Position numbers and translations under genes: made by a program | Notes under the pieces: model-generated | What the model was told of the DNA's origin: nothing | What the model saw: the letters and a program-made list of their open reading frames with translations, nothing else | Databases searched by the model: none | Part shown: positions 37,393-46,936 of the stretch, piece after piece | Numbering within the stretch: the stretch's first letter is position 1 | Layout of the letters: each line of letters opens with the position of its first letter | DNA from: Oscillospiraceae bacterium | GTDB taxonomy: Bacteria > Bacteroidota > Bacteroidia > Bacteroidales > WCHB1-69 | Assembly (NCBI GenBank): GCA_963603365.1 | Contig: CAVCMI010000009.1 | Coordinates: 9,346-73,345, forward strand | Direction of reading: 5' to 3' | DNA length: 64,000 nucleotides

Positions 37393-37425
37393 AAAAAAGG
37401 TCCTCTTGGGAAGGACCTTTTTTAA
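37393..37425. terminator. Bidirectional Rho-independent terminator between the LutA-like gene and rpmA
   Basis: AAAAAAGGTCC-tcttggga-AGGACCTTTTTT. A-run and T-run flank the stem. Confidence 0.7.
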
Positions 37426-37451
37426 AATCAAACATTATGAACAAAATATCA

Positions 37452-37721
37452 TTAGTTCCGCGTCTCCTGAGCAGGAATCACAGAAACATATGATCTATCC
37501 TTATGGGTTTTCCTGAAAGACACGGTTCCGTCAATGAGTGCATACAAAGTATGATCTCTTCCCATTCCCACATTCTGTCCCGGATTGTGAACCGTTCCTC
37601 TTTGGCGAACGATGATATTGCCGGCTTTGGCAAATTGACCGCCAAATATTTTAAGACCCAATCTTTTACTTGCTGATTCGCGGCCGTTCTGCGAACTGCC
37701 GACACCTTTTTTATGTGCCAT
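37452..37721 (-). CDS. rpmA: 50S ribosomal protein L27
   Basis: 89 aa, [16 protein letters not shown]...RQRGT. Confidence 0.95.
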   Translation of the reverse strand: MAHKKGVGSSQNGRESASKRLGLKIFGGQFAKAGNIIVRQRGTVHNPGQNVGMGRDHTLYALIDGTVSFRKTHKDRSYVSVIPAQETRN

Positions 37722-37749
37722 ATTCTATTTTCTTTTTACTTAACGATAA

Positions 37750-38061
37750 CTATAAGGTAATGTCATCAATTCTAATGGAAGTCAGACACTGACGATGACC
37801 ATTCAATTTCTGGTAACCTTTTCTTCTTTTTTTCTTGAAAACGAGAACCTTGTCTCCTTTGAGATGTTTGAGTACCGTTGCAGTCACGGAAGCGCCGGAG
37901 ACGGCAGGGGTTCCGACTTTGACGTTGCCGTCATTTTCTACTAACAGTACGCTGTCAAACTTCACTTGCGTACCCTCTTCAGCCTGAAGGCGCTGAACAT
38001 AAACCTTGCGGTCTTTTTCAATCTTGAATTGCTGCCCGGCTATTTCTACAATCGCATACAT
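37750..38061 (-). CDS. rplU: 50S ribosomal protein L21
   Basis: 103 aa, [17 protein letters not shown]. Confidence 0.95.
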   Translation of the reverse strand: MYAIVEIAGQQFKIEKDRKVYVQRLQAEEGTQVKFDSVLLVENDGNVKVGTPAVSGASVTATVLKHLKGDKVLVFKKKRRKGYQKLNGHRQCLTSIRIDDITL

Positions 38062-38097
38062 TATCTATCTGTTTTAAGTTTGTTTCTAAAACGGCTG

Positions 38098-38105
38098 CAA
38101 AAATA
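38098..38105 (-). promoter_or_regulatory. -7 box (TATTTTTG on minus strand) upstream of rplU-rpmA
   Basis: The reverse complement of CAAAAATA, 37 nt upstream of the rplU ATG. Confidence 0.5.
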
Positions 38106-38194
38106 GAAAAAATATCATTCCGTCGCAAATAGTCTGCAATTTTTTTTTTCGATTTTCGTTAGTTCCTCTGTATCGCGTTGAAAAATATATAGAA

Positions 38195-39304
38195 ATGAGC
38201 AAAACTGACATTATTAAAAACCTGACAATCAGCATTATAATTATTTTCTCGTTTTCTTGGGCGAATTTCGCCCAAACATCAGGCGGGCGGTACGAAATGG
38301 TAGACTTGACCCGTGCGGCCGAAGAATCCGTGAATGCAGTAGTATATATCAAGACAGAATTTATGCAGAAAAATGCCGTATGGGACGATTTTTTCGGAGG
38401 TACGATATGGGAGAACCTGTTCGGTTCTGCACCGAGCCTCTATCCGGTTCAGGCAGCAGGCTCGGGCGTAATTGTCTCCTCTGACGGCTACATCATCACG
38501 AACAACCATGTTGTAGAAGATGCTGTCCGCGCCACCGTCACGCTGAATGACAAACGCGAATACCAAGGCACGATCGTAGGCACCGACCCCGTCTCCGACC
38601 TTGCTCTTATAAAAATAGAAGAACAAGGGCTCCCCTTCCTTGAATTTGCCAACTCCGACTCTGTCAAGATCGGGCAATGGGTGCTGGCCGTCGGCAATCC
38701 GATGAACCTCACCTCGACCGTCACTGCGGGCATCATCAGCGCCAAGTCCCGTCTGCTCAACACCACTACGGGGCGCACCAAGACGGAAGAGACCTATTTG
38801 CAGACAGACGCCGCTGTAAACTCGGGCAACAGCGGCGGCGCGTTAGTCAATGCTTCGGGCAAACTTATCGGCGTCAACACCGCCATTGCCTCAGGGAACG
38901 GATATTATACAGGCTACTCTTTCGCCATTCCCTCCAACATTGTCAAGAAAGTCTATGCAGACCTGAAAAAATACGGCAAGGTGCAGTCTGCCTTTTTGGG
39001 CGTCTCCATAGCCGAACTGAATGCCGCCTTAGCCAAGGAATACGGTCTTGACGACGTGCGCGGCATCTACATCACCGACGTTGACAGCGACGGCGCCGCC
39101 GCCAAGAATGACTTTCAGGAAGGCGACGTAATAGTGGAAATCTGCGGGCTGCCGACCAACAGCCTCGCCGAAGTGCGCAATGTTCTCAAGACCAAATCCC
39201 CAGGGGATGTCGTATCCGTCACCCTCATCCGCAACCACGAAAAAAGACACCGTAATGTAACTTTATTGAACAATATGGGTACAACCGACATTATTGGGGA
39301 ATAA
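38195..39304 (+). CDS. S1C (HtrA/DegP-like) serine protease with one PDZ domain
   Basis: 369 aa with a signal/anchor. Triad context TNNHVV, D..LIK and GNSGGALV. C-terminal PDZ-like region. Confidence 0.8.
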   Translation: MSKTDIIKNLTISIIIIFSFSWANFAQTSGGRYEMVDLTRAAEESVNAVVYIKTEFMQKNAVWDDFFGGTIWENLFGSAPSLYPVQAAGSGVIVSSDGYIITNNHVVEDAVRATVTLNDKREYQGTIVGTDPVSDLALIKIEEQGLPFLEFANSDSVKIGQWVLAVGNPMNLTSTVTAGIISAKSRLLNTTTGRTKTEETYLQTDAAVNSGNSGGALVNASGKLIGVNTAIASGNGYYTGYSFAIPSNIVKKVYADLKKYGKVQSAFLGVSIAELNAALAKEYGLDDVRGIYITDVDSDGAAAKNDFQEGDVIVEICGLPTNSLAEVRNVLKTKSPGDVVSVTLIRNHEKRHRNVTLLNNMGTTDIIGE

Positions 39305-39380
39305 ACGTTCTGAAGATTTTTACAATAAAAATAATTCCTATTGGGTTAAAATTTTATATTTTTTTGTTATATAATATTGT

Positions 39381-40241
39381 ATGAGACAATTAAAAATTTC
39401 AAAATCAATCACAAACCGCGATTCTGCTTCATTAGACCGTTATCTTGCCGACATCGGCAAGGAGAGTATGATCAGCGCAGAGGAAGAAGTTGAATTGGCA
39501 CGCAAGATCAAATCCGGGGACGAGGAGGCCCTGAACAAACTGACCACAACAAACCTGCGTTTTGTGGTTTCTGTAGCAAAACAGTACCAAAACCAGGGCA
39601 TCAGTTTGCAGGACCTCATCAACGAAGGGAACGTAGGGCTGATAAAGGCCGCCAAGCGCTTTGATGAAACCCGCGGATTCAAGTTCATCTCATACGCAGT
39701 CTGGTGGATCCGACAGTCTATCCTGCAAGCCATTGCAGACCAGTCGCGTATTGTACGCCTTCCGCTCAACCAAGTCGGCGTAATCAACAAGATAAAGAAA
39801 GAGACCGCCCGCCTGGAACAAACCCTCAAACGTCTGCCCACCACCGAGGAGATTGCCGAAGCCATAGATATGCCCGTGTACAAGGTTTCTGAAATCATGA
39901 AGATGAACAACCATCCGCAATCCATCGACTCGCCCATCTCCCCGAACGAGGAAACCCGCTTTGTGGACATTTTCGTACACGACAACGACGAAGACACAGA
40001 CAACATCCTGATAAAGGAGTCTCTCTCTTCCGAAATCCATGACCTCTTGAAGACGTTGCCCGAGAAAGAGCAGGAGGTGCTGAAACTTTTCTATGGCATT
40101 GACACTTCACACGAACACACCCTTGACGAAATCGGCGACCGTATGGAACTGTCAAGAGAGAGAGTCAGACAAATCAAAGAGCGTGCATTGAAACGTCTAC
40201 GCCAGAACAGCAAGAACAAGAACCTTAAAAGTTACCTATAG
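39381..40241 (+). CDS. rpoD: Primary RNA polymerase sigma factor (sigma-70 family, short Bacteroidota SigA type)
   Basis: 286 aa with region 2 (YAVWWIRQSI), region 3 and region 4.2 (LSRERVRQIKERAL). Confidence 0.9.
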   Translation: MRQLKISKSITNRDSASLDRYLADIGKESMISAEEEVELARKIKSGDEEALNKLTTTNLRFVVSVAKQYQNQGISLQDLINEGNVGLIKAAKRFDETRGFKFISYAVWWIRQSILQAIADQSRIVRLPLNQVGVINKIKKETARLEQTLKRLPTTEEIAEAIDMPVYKVSEIMKMNNHPQSIDSPISPNEETRFVDIFVHDNDEDTDNILIKESLSSEIHDLLKTLPEKEQEVLKLFYGIDTSHEHTLDEIGDRMELSRERVRQIKERALKRLRQNSKNKNLKSYL

Positions 40242-40260
40242 CCAATCTCTACTTTCGCCG

Positions 40261-40863
40261 ATGCTCCGACCCCAAAGACCTGCCTTTCTGTGCTGTCTGC
40301 TGTTCTGCCTGACCGCTATGCTATGGGCGTGCGGCCTCAAGACGGGCAACGAGACCCCGAAACCTTTGGCCTATTTCCGCATCGACATCCCAGAACACCG
40401 CTATGTTCAAACTGATACGGCACTGCCGTTCCGGTTTGAACGCTCCGCCGAAACAGAGGTGACCATCTTCCCGAAAGATGAGGGCGCCTGCTGGATAGAC
40501 TTGAAATACCCGGACTTGAACGCAACCTTGAAACTCACCTATCTCCCCATCCGGAACGCCGACAGTCTGCGCAACCTCATCATCCGTGAAGACAAGATGG
40601 TGAAATTCCACTATCAGAAAGCCGAAGATGTAGAGTGCTCCATCATCAAAGATGCCGGTTCCCGGCTTTGGGGTCAAATCTACGATATCGAGGGGCGTGA
40701 AGTCGCCACGCCTTTCATTTTCTGGATGACTGACAGTTCGCGCCATTTCCTGCGCGGATCCCTGTATTTCAATTTTACGCCTAACAACGACTCCCTGGAA
40801 CCTGTAATCAAATACCTGCGAGAAGATGCCCTGCATTTCGTCAACACTTTTCAATGGCAATAA
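40261..40863 (+). CDS. gldD: GldD-like lipoprotein
   Basis: Lipobox LWAC. The pattern PKP..YFRIDIP...CWIDLKYP...TDSSRHFLRGSLYF..PNNDSLEP...FQW matches my recollection of the GldD family. Confidence 0.68.
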   Translation: MLRPQRPAFLCCLLFCLTAMLWACGLKTGNETPKPLAYFRIDIPEHRYVQTDTALPFRFERSAETEVTIFPKDEGACWIDLKYPDLNATLKLTYLPIRNADSLRNLIIREDKMVKFHYQKAEDVECSIIKDAGSRLWGQIYDIEGREVATPFIFWMTDSSRHFLRGSLYFNFTPNNDSLEPVIKYLREDALHFVNTFQWQ

Positions 40864-40881
40864 ACCTGTAGTTCAGCAACT

Positions 40882-42189
40882 ATGACAACTTCTTACAAAA
40901 AGCCGCACCTCAGCAAAGCGACACTGCCTTTTCTGCTGACCTTTCTTATTTGCTTGTCCGTCGCAGCCCAGAACAACCTTAAGATGATGCAGTACAATCT
41001 GATGTACTACACGAATAATTCCGGGGTCTCGGACTGCACGCCCTCAACCAATAACCTCGACACAAAAGACAGTTGCCTGCGCACCATCTTCCATCACGTC
41101 ACACCTGACGTGTTCTGCGTTTGCGAAATAGGCAGCAACGAAACGTACGTGGAGAGGATCCTCAACAACGTCATAAACATTAACGGCATAAACCGCTACC
41201 GGCATGGCCCGCTTACACACTATTCCGGCGGAACAATTGCCAACATGATATACTATGACACGCAGAAACTCACCCTGTGCGACAGCTATTACATCACAAC
41301 CCAATACCGCGACATCAACGGCTACAAGATGTACGTCAACGGCAGTATGTATAACGGGGACAGCACTTTCATCACATTCTGGATTATGCACCTCAAGGCC
41401 GGCCAATACGAGTCGGCGGAGTCGGCCCGACACACGCAGGTGCAGCGGTTGATGGAACGCATCTCCTCGTCCGGGATGCCGGGGAACTACGTTGTTTCCG
41501 GCGATTTCAACGTCTACCGCGATTCGGAACCCGCATATCAGGAGATGGTGAACTACTCAAACAGTCTTTATCGCCTGTACGACCCTATTGACCGGGCAGG
41601 CGAATGGAACAACAACGGCCAGTTTGCCGACATCCACACCCAGTCAACCCACTCGTACGAGTCGAACGGCTGTTTCTCTACCGGAGGGTTGGACGACCGT
41701 TTCGACTTCATTCTGGTTTCTCCGTACGTTTATTACGGCAGTTATGGCGTGCAGGTGCTGCCCGATACATACTTTGCGTTAGGTCAAGACGGCGAGCATT
41801 TCAACAGATCACTCGTCCAGCCGCAGAACAACTCACTGCCCCAAGAGGTGCTCGACGCCCTTTACCGGCAGTCTGACCATCTGCCAGTCGTCACCGAGTT
41901 TGCCATAGACGCAAGTTCCGGTGTCGCTGAACAGGCAACGTTGTGCTTTATGAAAGCAGCGAACCCCGTAAGCGACAAACTGACCATACATATTCAAAGC
42001 TTTGTGGAAGACGCCTGCACATTCGAGGTGTTTTCTGTTGACGGGAAAAAACTTGCTGTCCACACGGCGCACCTCTCCACGCAGCCTTGCAGGTTAGACT
42101 ATCCTTTCAATTTCCCTAAAGGCATATACATCCTCAAGGCAAGCGGAGAAAAACTGCCTCAGCAGGTTTTCAAACTTATAAAACAATAG
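40882..42189 (+). CDS. Secreted endonuclease/exonuclease/phosphatase (EEP) family protein with T9SS C-terminal sorting domain
   Basis: Signal peptide and the EEP terminal motif SDHLPVVTEF. The last roughly 80 aa (DKLTIHIQ...FEVFSVDGKKL...GIYILKA...KLIKQ) look like a type A Por/T9SS CTD. Confidence 0.7.
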   Translation: MTTSYKKPHLSKATLPFLLTFLICLSVAAQNNLKMMQYNLMYYTNNSGVSDCTPSTNNLDTKDSCLRTIFHHVTPDVFCVCEIGSNETYVERILNNVININGINRYRHGPLTHYSGGTIANMIYYDTQKLTLCDSYYITTQYRDINGYKMYVNGSMYNGDSTFITFWIMHLKAGQYESAESARHTQVQRLMERISSSGMPGNYVVSGDFNVYRDSEPAYQEMVNYSNSLYRLYDPIDRAGEWNNNGQFADIHTQSTHSYESNGCFSTGGLDDRFDFILVSPYVYYGSYGVQVLPDTYFALGQDGEHFNRSLVQPQNNSLPQEVLDALYRQSDHLPVVTEFAIDASSGVAEQATLCFMKAANPVSDKLTIHIQSFVEDACTFEVFSVDGKKLAVHTAHLSTQPCRLDYPFNFPKGIYILKASGEKLPQQVFKLIKQ

Positions 42190-42204
42190 TCCGGGAAAAA
42201 AGTA

Positions 42205-42212
42205 TATCTTTG
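42205..42212 (+). promoter_or_regulatory. -7 box (TATCTTTG) upstream of the dksA-like/lspA pair
   Basis: Matches TAnnTTTG, 33 nt upstream of the ATG. Confidence 0.5.
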
Positions 42213-42244
42213 CACCTTTTATTAACCCTATAAAAACCATATTT

Positions 42245-42631
42245 ATGGCAGAACAAATAGCAAACAGATACTCAGATGAGGATCTTGAAGAATTCAGGGA
42301 ACTCATCCTGAAAAAGATTGAGGAAGCCAAAAAATCGATGGAGGTCTATCAGGAGGCTTACGCCGGCACCGGCAACGACACCATGGACACTGCGCCGACT
42401 TTCAAGAATCTGGAAGACGGGAACCAAGTGCTATCCAAAGAGGAAAACAGCCGTCTGGCGAACCGTCTGAACAAATACATTGCCAATCTTGAGTCGGCTT
42501 TGGTCCGCATCGAAAACAAGACCTACGGCATCGACCGCATCACGGGCAAACTCATCCCTAAAGAGCGCTTGAGGATTGTGCCTCACGCCACCCTTGACAT
42601 CGACACCAAACTCAACGAAAAAAAGAAATAG
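42245..42631 (+). CDS. TraR/DksA family protein (Bacteroidota variant lacking the C4 zinc finger)
   Basis: 128 aa with a coiled-coil N-terminus. ...IENKTYGIDRITGKLIPKERL... has no Cys where DksA has CxxC. The position upstream of lspA is typical. Confidence 0.65.
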   Translation: MAEQIANRYSDEDLEEFRELILKKIEEAKKSMEVYQEAYAGTGNDTMDTAPTFKNLEDGNQVLSKEENSRLANRLNKYIANLESALVRIENKTYGIDRITGKLIPKERLRIVPHATLDIDTKLNEKKK

Positions 42632-42634
42632 GCT

Positions 42635-43309
42635 TTGAACAAGCAACGGAAATACCTTCTGGTTTCAGGCATACTCATCTTTGCACTATTGTTTCTGGAC
42701 CAGCTGTTGAAAATTCTGGTCAAGACAAACATGACGCTGGGAGAAACCATTCCTGTATTGGGCAACTGGTTCAACCTCTGCTTCATTGAAAACGAAGGTA
42801 TGGCTTTCGGGTTAAGTTTCGGAGAAAGCATCGGCAAATTGTTGTTGTCGCTGCTGCGCATCGCACTGGCAACCTTTATCGTGTGGTACATCTTGCGACT
42901 CGTCAAGCAGGACAAAATGGACTGGGGGCTGCTTGTCACATTCAGCCTTATTGTGGCAGGCGCATTCGGCAACATCCTCGATTGCCTGTTTTACGGGTTA
43001 CTCTTCAACGAAAGCACGGTCACAACCGTCGCAACTTGGTTTCCTGACGGTGGCGGATACGCTCCGGTATTCTACGGCAAAGTAGTGGACATGTTTTATT
43101 TCCGGCTTTTCCCGATACCCGAAAGCTTTCCGCTTTGGGGAGGTTCTTATTTTTTCCCTGCCGTATTCAACCTTGCCGACTGCTGTGTAACGGTCGGCAT
43201 CGTGTTGCTGCTGATATTCAGCAACCGCATATTCGGCGAAAAAGAGAAAGACGTGAAAGAAGAGAATAGGGGCGTAACCGAAGCTTCCGTGCCGCAACAC
43301 AATCATTGA
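42635..43309 (+). CDS. lspA: Lipoprotein signal peptidase II
   Basis: 224 aa with 4 TM helices and motifs NEGMAFG and FNLADCCVTVG. The start appears to be TTG, since the next ATG would delete TM1. Confidence 0.85.
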   Translation: MNKQRKYLLVSGILIFALLFLDQLLKILVKTNMTLGETIPVLGNWFNLCFIENEGMAFGLSFGESIGKLLLSLLRIALATFIVWYILRLVKQDKMDWGLLVTFSLIVAGAFGNILDCLFYGLLFNESTVTTVATWFPDGGGYAPVFYGKVVDMFYFRLFPIPESFPLWGGSYFFPAVFNLADCCVTVGIVLLLIFSNRIFGEKEKDVKEENRGVTEASVPQHNH

Positions 43310-43349
43310 CAATTTCAACATTAAAATAAACTTCATTAAAATCAAAGCA

Positions 43350-45512
43350 ATGAAAGTATTATCCTCATTAAAAAAATTCGTATTGCTGGGCGTTCTGTCC
43401 GTATTCAGCATCTCTACATTTGCTGTCAACCCGCCCGACGAAGGGATGTGGCTGCCCATGTTCATCAAGGACTACAATTATGCCACCATGTCGAAAATGG
43501 GGCTGCACCTCACGCCCGAACAGCTCTACAGCATCAACAACTCTTCACTTAAGGATGCCATCGTCCAATTGGGCGACGGATTCTGCACCGGCGAAATGGT
43601 TTCACGGAACGGCTTGATGTTCACCAACCACCACTGCGGTTACTCTTCCGTCGTGGAGCTCTCTTCCGTCGACCACGACTATCTGAAGAACGGCTTCTTC
43701 GCCATGAGCCTTGAAGAAGAACTTCCTGTCAGCTTCCACGTCAACTTCCTCGAAAAAATGGAAGATGTCACCGCTGTCGTTCTGAAAGATGTCACCAATA
43801 ACATGGGCGAAGAGGCTCGCGGAAAAACCATTGCCGCAGCCATCAAAACGCTTCAGAAAGAGAACTCCGCAGACGGGCGTTATAAAGTCGTGGTGAAACC
43901 TTTCTATGAGGGCAACGAGTACTACATGTTCATCTACACCACCTACGAGGATGTTCGCCTGGTGTGCGCTCCACCCAGCGCCATCGGCAAGTTCGGGGGT
44001 GACACAGACAACTGGATGTGGCCGCGTCACACGGGCGACTTCACCGTCTTCCGCATCTATACGGCTCCCGACGGGTCACCGGCAAAGTTTTCTAAAGACA
44101 ACGTGCCCTTCCATCCGAAACATTTCCTCCCGATCAGCCTGAAAGGCTACCAGCCTGGCGACTATACTATGATTTGGGGATATCCCGGCACAACAGAGCG
44201 TTTCAAAACCTCTTTTGAAGTGGAGAATGCCATCAACATCGACGGTCCCGCCATCTATGAACCGCTCGACATCATCCTGCCCGTCATCAGCGACGCCATG
44301 AATGCCGACGCTGCCGTAAGACTGAAATATGCCGACGGATATGCCGGACTCGCCAACTACTGGAAAAACCAGAAAGGTATGGTTTCAAGCCTCAAAGCAC
44401 TCAACGTGGTCGGCACAAAACAACAGCAAGAGAAAACCCTCACCCAATGGATCAACGCTGACAACAATCGCAAAAACAACTACGGCACTTGTCTGCAAGA
44501 GATTGAAAAAGTCTGCAAGAACCTCGACGGGAATGCTTACAAGGCTATGATGAATGCCAACATGATGCTTTCTGCCTCTTCCACACTGCTGGCCGCTTGG
44601 CGCACCCACAACAGCCTTACCCTCGAAAAGGGCAGCAAGAGCTTCGGCGAACAGAAAGTCCAAAAACTCCTCGACGCTTACGACAAAGCCAACAGCGACA
44701 AGGACATCGCCACAGAAATCAAGATCATCATAGCTACGCTGAAGATCTGGGACAACCTTCCGGAATCTTACAGACCAGACCTGAACGGCATGTTGGCCAA
44801 ACATTTCAAAGGCAGTCTTTCCAACTTCGAGAACGCCCTTTCCACCTCCATCTTCATCTCCAAAGAGAATATGGAAAGCTTTTTGAAGAAACCCTCCAAC
44901 AAGGTGCTCGACAAAGACCCCATCCACCTCTATCTGCAAACGCTCACCAATGTGGTGCTCGTAAACCAGCATATCTATGAAGACATGAGCAATCTGGAAG
45001 TCCCGCGCCGCACCTACCTCGCAGCATTGAAGGAAATGAACAGCAAAACGCCGATGTACCCGGATGCCAACAGCACAATGCGTACCACTTTCGGCACTGT
45101 TTGCGACTATTATCCGGCAGACGGCGTACACTACAACTATTTCACGACTACAAAAGGCATTCTTGAAAAAGAGAAACCTGGCGACCCTGAATTTGACGTG
45201 CCCGCTCAGTTGAAGAAACTCATCCTCAACAAAGACTTCGGCCAATATGCTGACAAAGACGGCGACCTGCACGTATGCTTCCTCTCCAACAACGACATCA
45301 CCGGCGGAAACTCCGGAAGTCCGATCATGAACGGCAACGGCGAACTCATCGGACTGGCATTTGACGGAAACTGGGAAGCGCTGAGCAGCGACATCGTATT
45401 CAACACCGCTCTCCAACGCTGTATCAACGTGGATGTCCGCTATGTCTTGTTCATCATTGACAAATTCGGAGGAGCCGGCTACCTGCTCAACGAAATGGAC
45501 ATCAAGAAATAA
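43350..45512 (+). CDS. S46 family dipeptidyl-peptidase, DPP7-like
   Basis: 720 aa with a signal peptide then DEGMWLP. Catalytic-Ser context GGNSGSPIMN. The residue 18 positions after the Ser is Gly (DPP7-like) rather than Arg (DPP11-like), as I recall it. Confidence 0.83.
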   Translation: MKVLSSLKKFVLLGVLSVFSISTFAVNPPDEGMWLPMFIKDYNYATMSKMGLHLTPEQLYSINNSSLKDAIVQLGDGFCTGEMVSRNGLMFTNHHCGYSSVVELSSVDHDYLKNGFFAMSLEEELPVSFHVNFLEKMEDVTAVVLKDVTNNMGEEARGKTIAAAIKTLQKENSADGRYKVVVKPFYEGNEYYMFIYTTYEDVRLVCAPPSAIGKFGGDTDNWMWPRHTGDFTVFRIYTAPDGSPAKFSKDNVPFHPKHFLPISLKGYQPGDYTMIWGYPGTTERFKTSFEVENAINIDGPAIYEPLDIILPVISDAMNADAAVRLKYADGYAGLANYWKNQKGMVSSLKALNVVGTKQQQEKTLTQWINADNNRKNNYGTCLQEIEKVCKNLDGNAYKAMMNANMMLSASSTLLAAWRTHNSLTLEKGSKSFGEQKVQKLLDAYDKANSDKDIATEIKIIIATLKIWDNLPESYRPDLNGMLAKHFKGSLSNFENALSTSIFISKENMESFLKKPSNKVLDKDPIHLYLQTLTNVVLVNQHIYEDMSNLEVPRRTYLAALKEMNSKTPMYPDANSTMRTTFGTVCDYYPADGVHYNYFTTTKGILEKEKPGDPEFDVPAQLKKLILNKDFGQYADKDGDLHVCFLSNNDITGGNSGSPIMNGNGELIGLAFDGNWEALSSDIVFNTALQRCINVDVRYVLFIIDKFGGAGYLLNEMDIKK

Positions 45513-45534
45513 GTACATCTAACATATTCTTATG

Positions 45535-45584
45535 AAAAAGAGAAGCCTGAAAGGAGTTTATTCTGTCGTGCTTCTCTTTTTTTC
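45535..45584 (+). terminator. Terminator after the S46 peptidase gene
   Basis: AAAAAGAGAAGC ... GCTTCTCTTTTTTT, a 9-12 bp stem with a 23-nt loop and T7. Confidence 0.55.
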
Positions 45585-45630
45585 TTAAACCTTAATAATT
45601 GAAAAACAAAAACTACATCATTCAAGCAAT

Positions 45631-46194
45631 ATGAAACCTACAGCACAAATCATTGTATTAGCTCTGCTGTTCGGCTCCTTGACGGCATGTGCACAAAAGA
45701 AAGGAAACCAGATTATGGAACAGAAAAGCAAAACCCTCGTAGCCTATTTCTCCGCAACCGGAACCACAGAAAGCGTGGCCAAGATGATTGCTACAGCCAC
45801 TGGCGGAGAACTCTACACTATCCAGCCCGAGAAACAATACTCACCGGCCGACTTAGACTGGACGGTCAAGTCATCACGCTGCTGCCAAGAGAACAATAAC
45901 CCAAAATCGCGGCCTGCTTTCGTGAAACAGAAAGAAAACCTCAACGATTACGACATCATCTATCTGGGCTATCCGAACTGGTGGAATATGGCGCCGCGCA
46001 TTGTCAACACTTTCATTGAGACCTACGGGCTGCAAGGCAAAACAGTTATCCCGTTCATGACCTCCGGCGGAAACGGGATTGAAAACTCGGTCAAGATACT
46101 TCGGAAAGACTATCCTGAAATCAAATGGCAAAACGGCAAACTGCTGAACAGCGTCACTCAGGATGAAGTGAACGAGTGGGTGAAAAGCATGTAA
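45631..46194 (+). CDS. Flavodoxin-fold protein with lipoprotein signal peptide
   Basis: MKPTAQIIVLALLFGSLTAC (lipobox LTAC), then the flavodoxin phosphate-binding motif YFSATGTTE. Confidence 0.72.
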   Translation: MKPTAQIIVLALLFGSLTACAQKKGNQIMEQKSKTLVAYFSATGTTESVAKMIATATGGELYTIQPEKQYSPADLDWTVKSSRCCQENNNPKSRPAFVKQKENLNDYDIIYLGYPNWWNMAPRIVNTFIETYGLQGKTVIPFMTSGGNGIENSVKILRKDYPEIKWQNGKLLNSVTQDEVNEWVKSM

Positions 46195-46218
46195 CAGCCA
46201 TCCGGGTTCCGGGTTATA

Positions 46219-46258
46219 CTGACAAAAGGCGGGAGTTTCATTCCGCCTTTTTTGTCAG
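46219..46258. terminator. Bidirectional hairpin between flavodoxin and the convergent YiiX-like gene
   Basis: CTGACAAAAGGCGG-gagtttcatt-CCGCCTTTTTTGTCAG. It overlaps the last codons of the minus-strand gene. Confidence 0.55.
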
Positions 46259-46936
46259 GGTAACCTTGACCGGGACGAGGCATTTTTCGTTATACATGTC
46301 CTGCGGATTGGTGCCTTGAACGCCTTGCGGAATGGGCTGACCTATCATCTCAAAAAAATGCGTCCAGAAAGGAGGGAAAGACCCGTCAGGCGACTTGAAG
46401 TTCATAGGTGCAGCCTTGAAAACATGTTTGCCCGAAGTTGTAATGTAAGAATCCCTTACCAGTTCGCTGCAATACAGTTCCTCATTGTCAGGAAGGAATG
46501 CCATATCGTATGCCCTGCCGAGGAACTTTTTAGACTGGTCCACATATTGGGCGGCATCCTTGTTGTTGCGCAAACGCTTCACGACAAAAAGGGGCAAACT
46601 GCCGTCCTCCAAAGTAAAGTCAGCAAAAAGCGTATCTATGGGATGCCTGTCTATTCCGCGCTTGATGGTAGCGTCGATAATCCAGACAGAATCTCCCTGT
46701 TTTTCAACAATGGCCACATGAATAAAGCGAAGCATTTCATCATGTCCGGTAGCGGCGGCAATGGCGCCGGCCATATCGGAAGTGTCGCCAATATCATAAT
46801 CCAAAGGGATTCCTACAAACACAAGGTCTCCGTTCTGCAGGTCGTCTTTGTCGGAAAAATGTTTTTGGGTTGAACAGGCGGCGGTCAGAAATGCGGAAAC
46901 CGCAATCATCCAGAATGAGAATTTACAACCTGCCAT
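46238..46936 (-). CDS. YiiX/YaeF-like permuted papain-fold (C92) lipoprotein
   Basis: Lipobox LTAAC, and GDLVFV...CSELVRDSY typical of the family (recalled). The start overlaps the upstream gene by 14 nt. An alternative start is at 46909. Confidence 0.58.
   Translation of the reverse strand: MAGCKFSFWMIAVSAFLTAACSTQKHFSDKDDLQNGDLVFVGIPLDYDIGDTSDMAGAIAAATGHDEMLRFIHVAIVEKQGDSVWIIDATIKRGIDRHPIDTLFADFTLEDGSLPLFVVKRLRNNKDAAQYVDQSKKFLGRAYDMAFLPDNEELYCSELVRDSYITTSGKHVFKAAPMNFKSPDGSFPPFWTHFFEMIGQPIPQGVQGTNPQDMYNEKCLVPVKVTLTKKAE

Noticed and set aside
44385-45518. 377-aa minus-strand ORF opposite the S46 peptidase gene
   Set aside because: It is antisense to a clearly genuine 720-aa gene. It has a repetitive Val/Phe/Glu-rich composition, no motifs, and no promoter box upstream.
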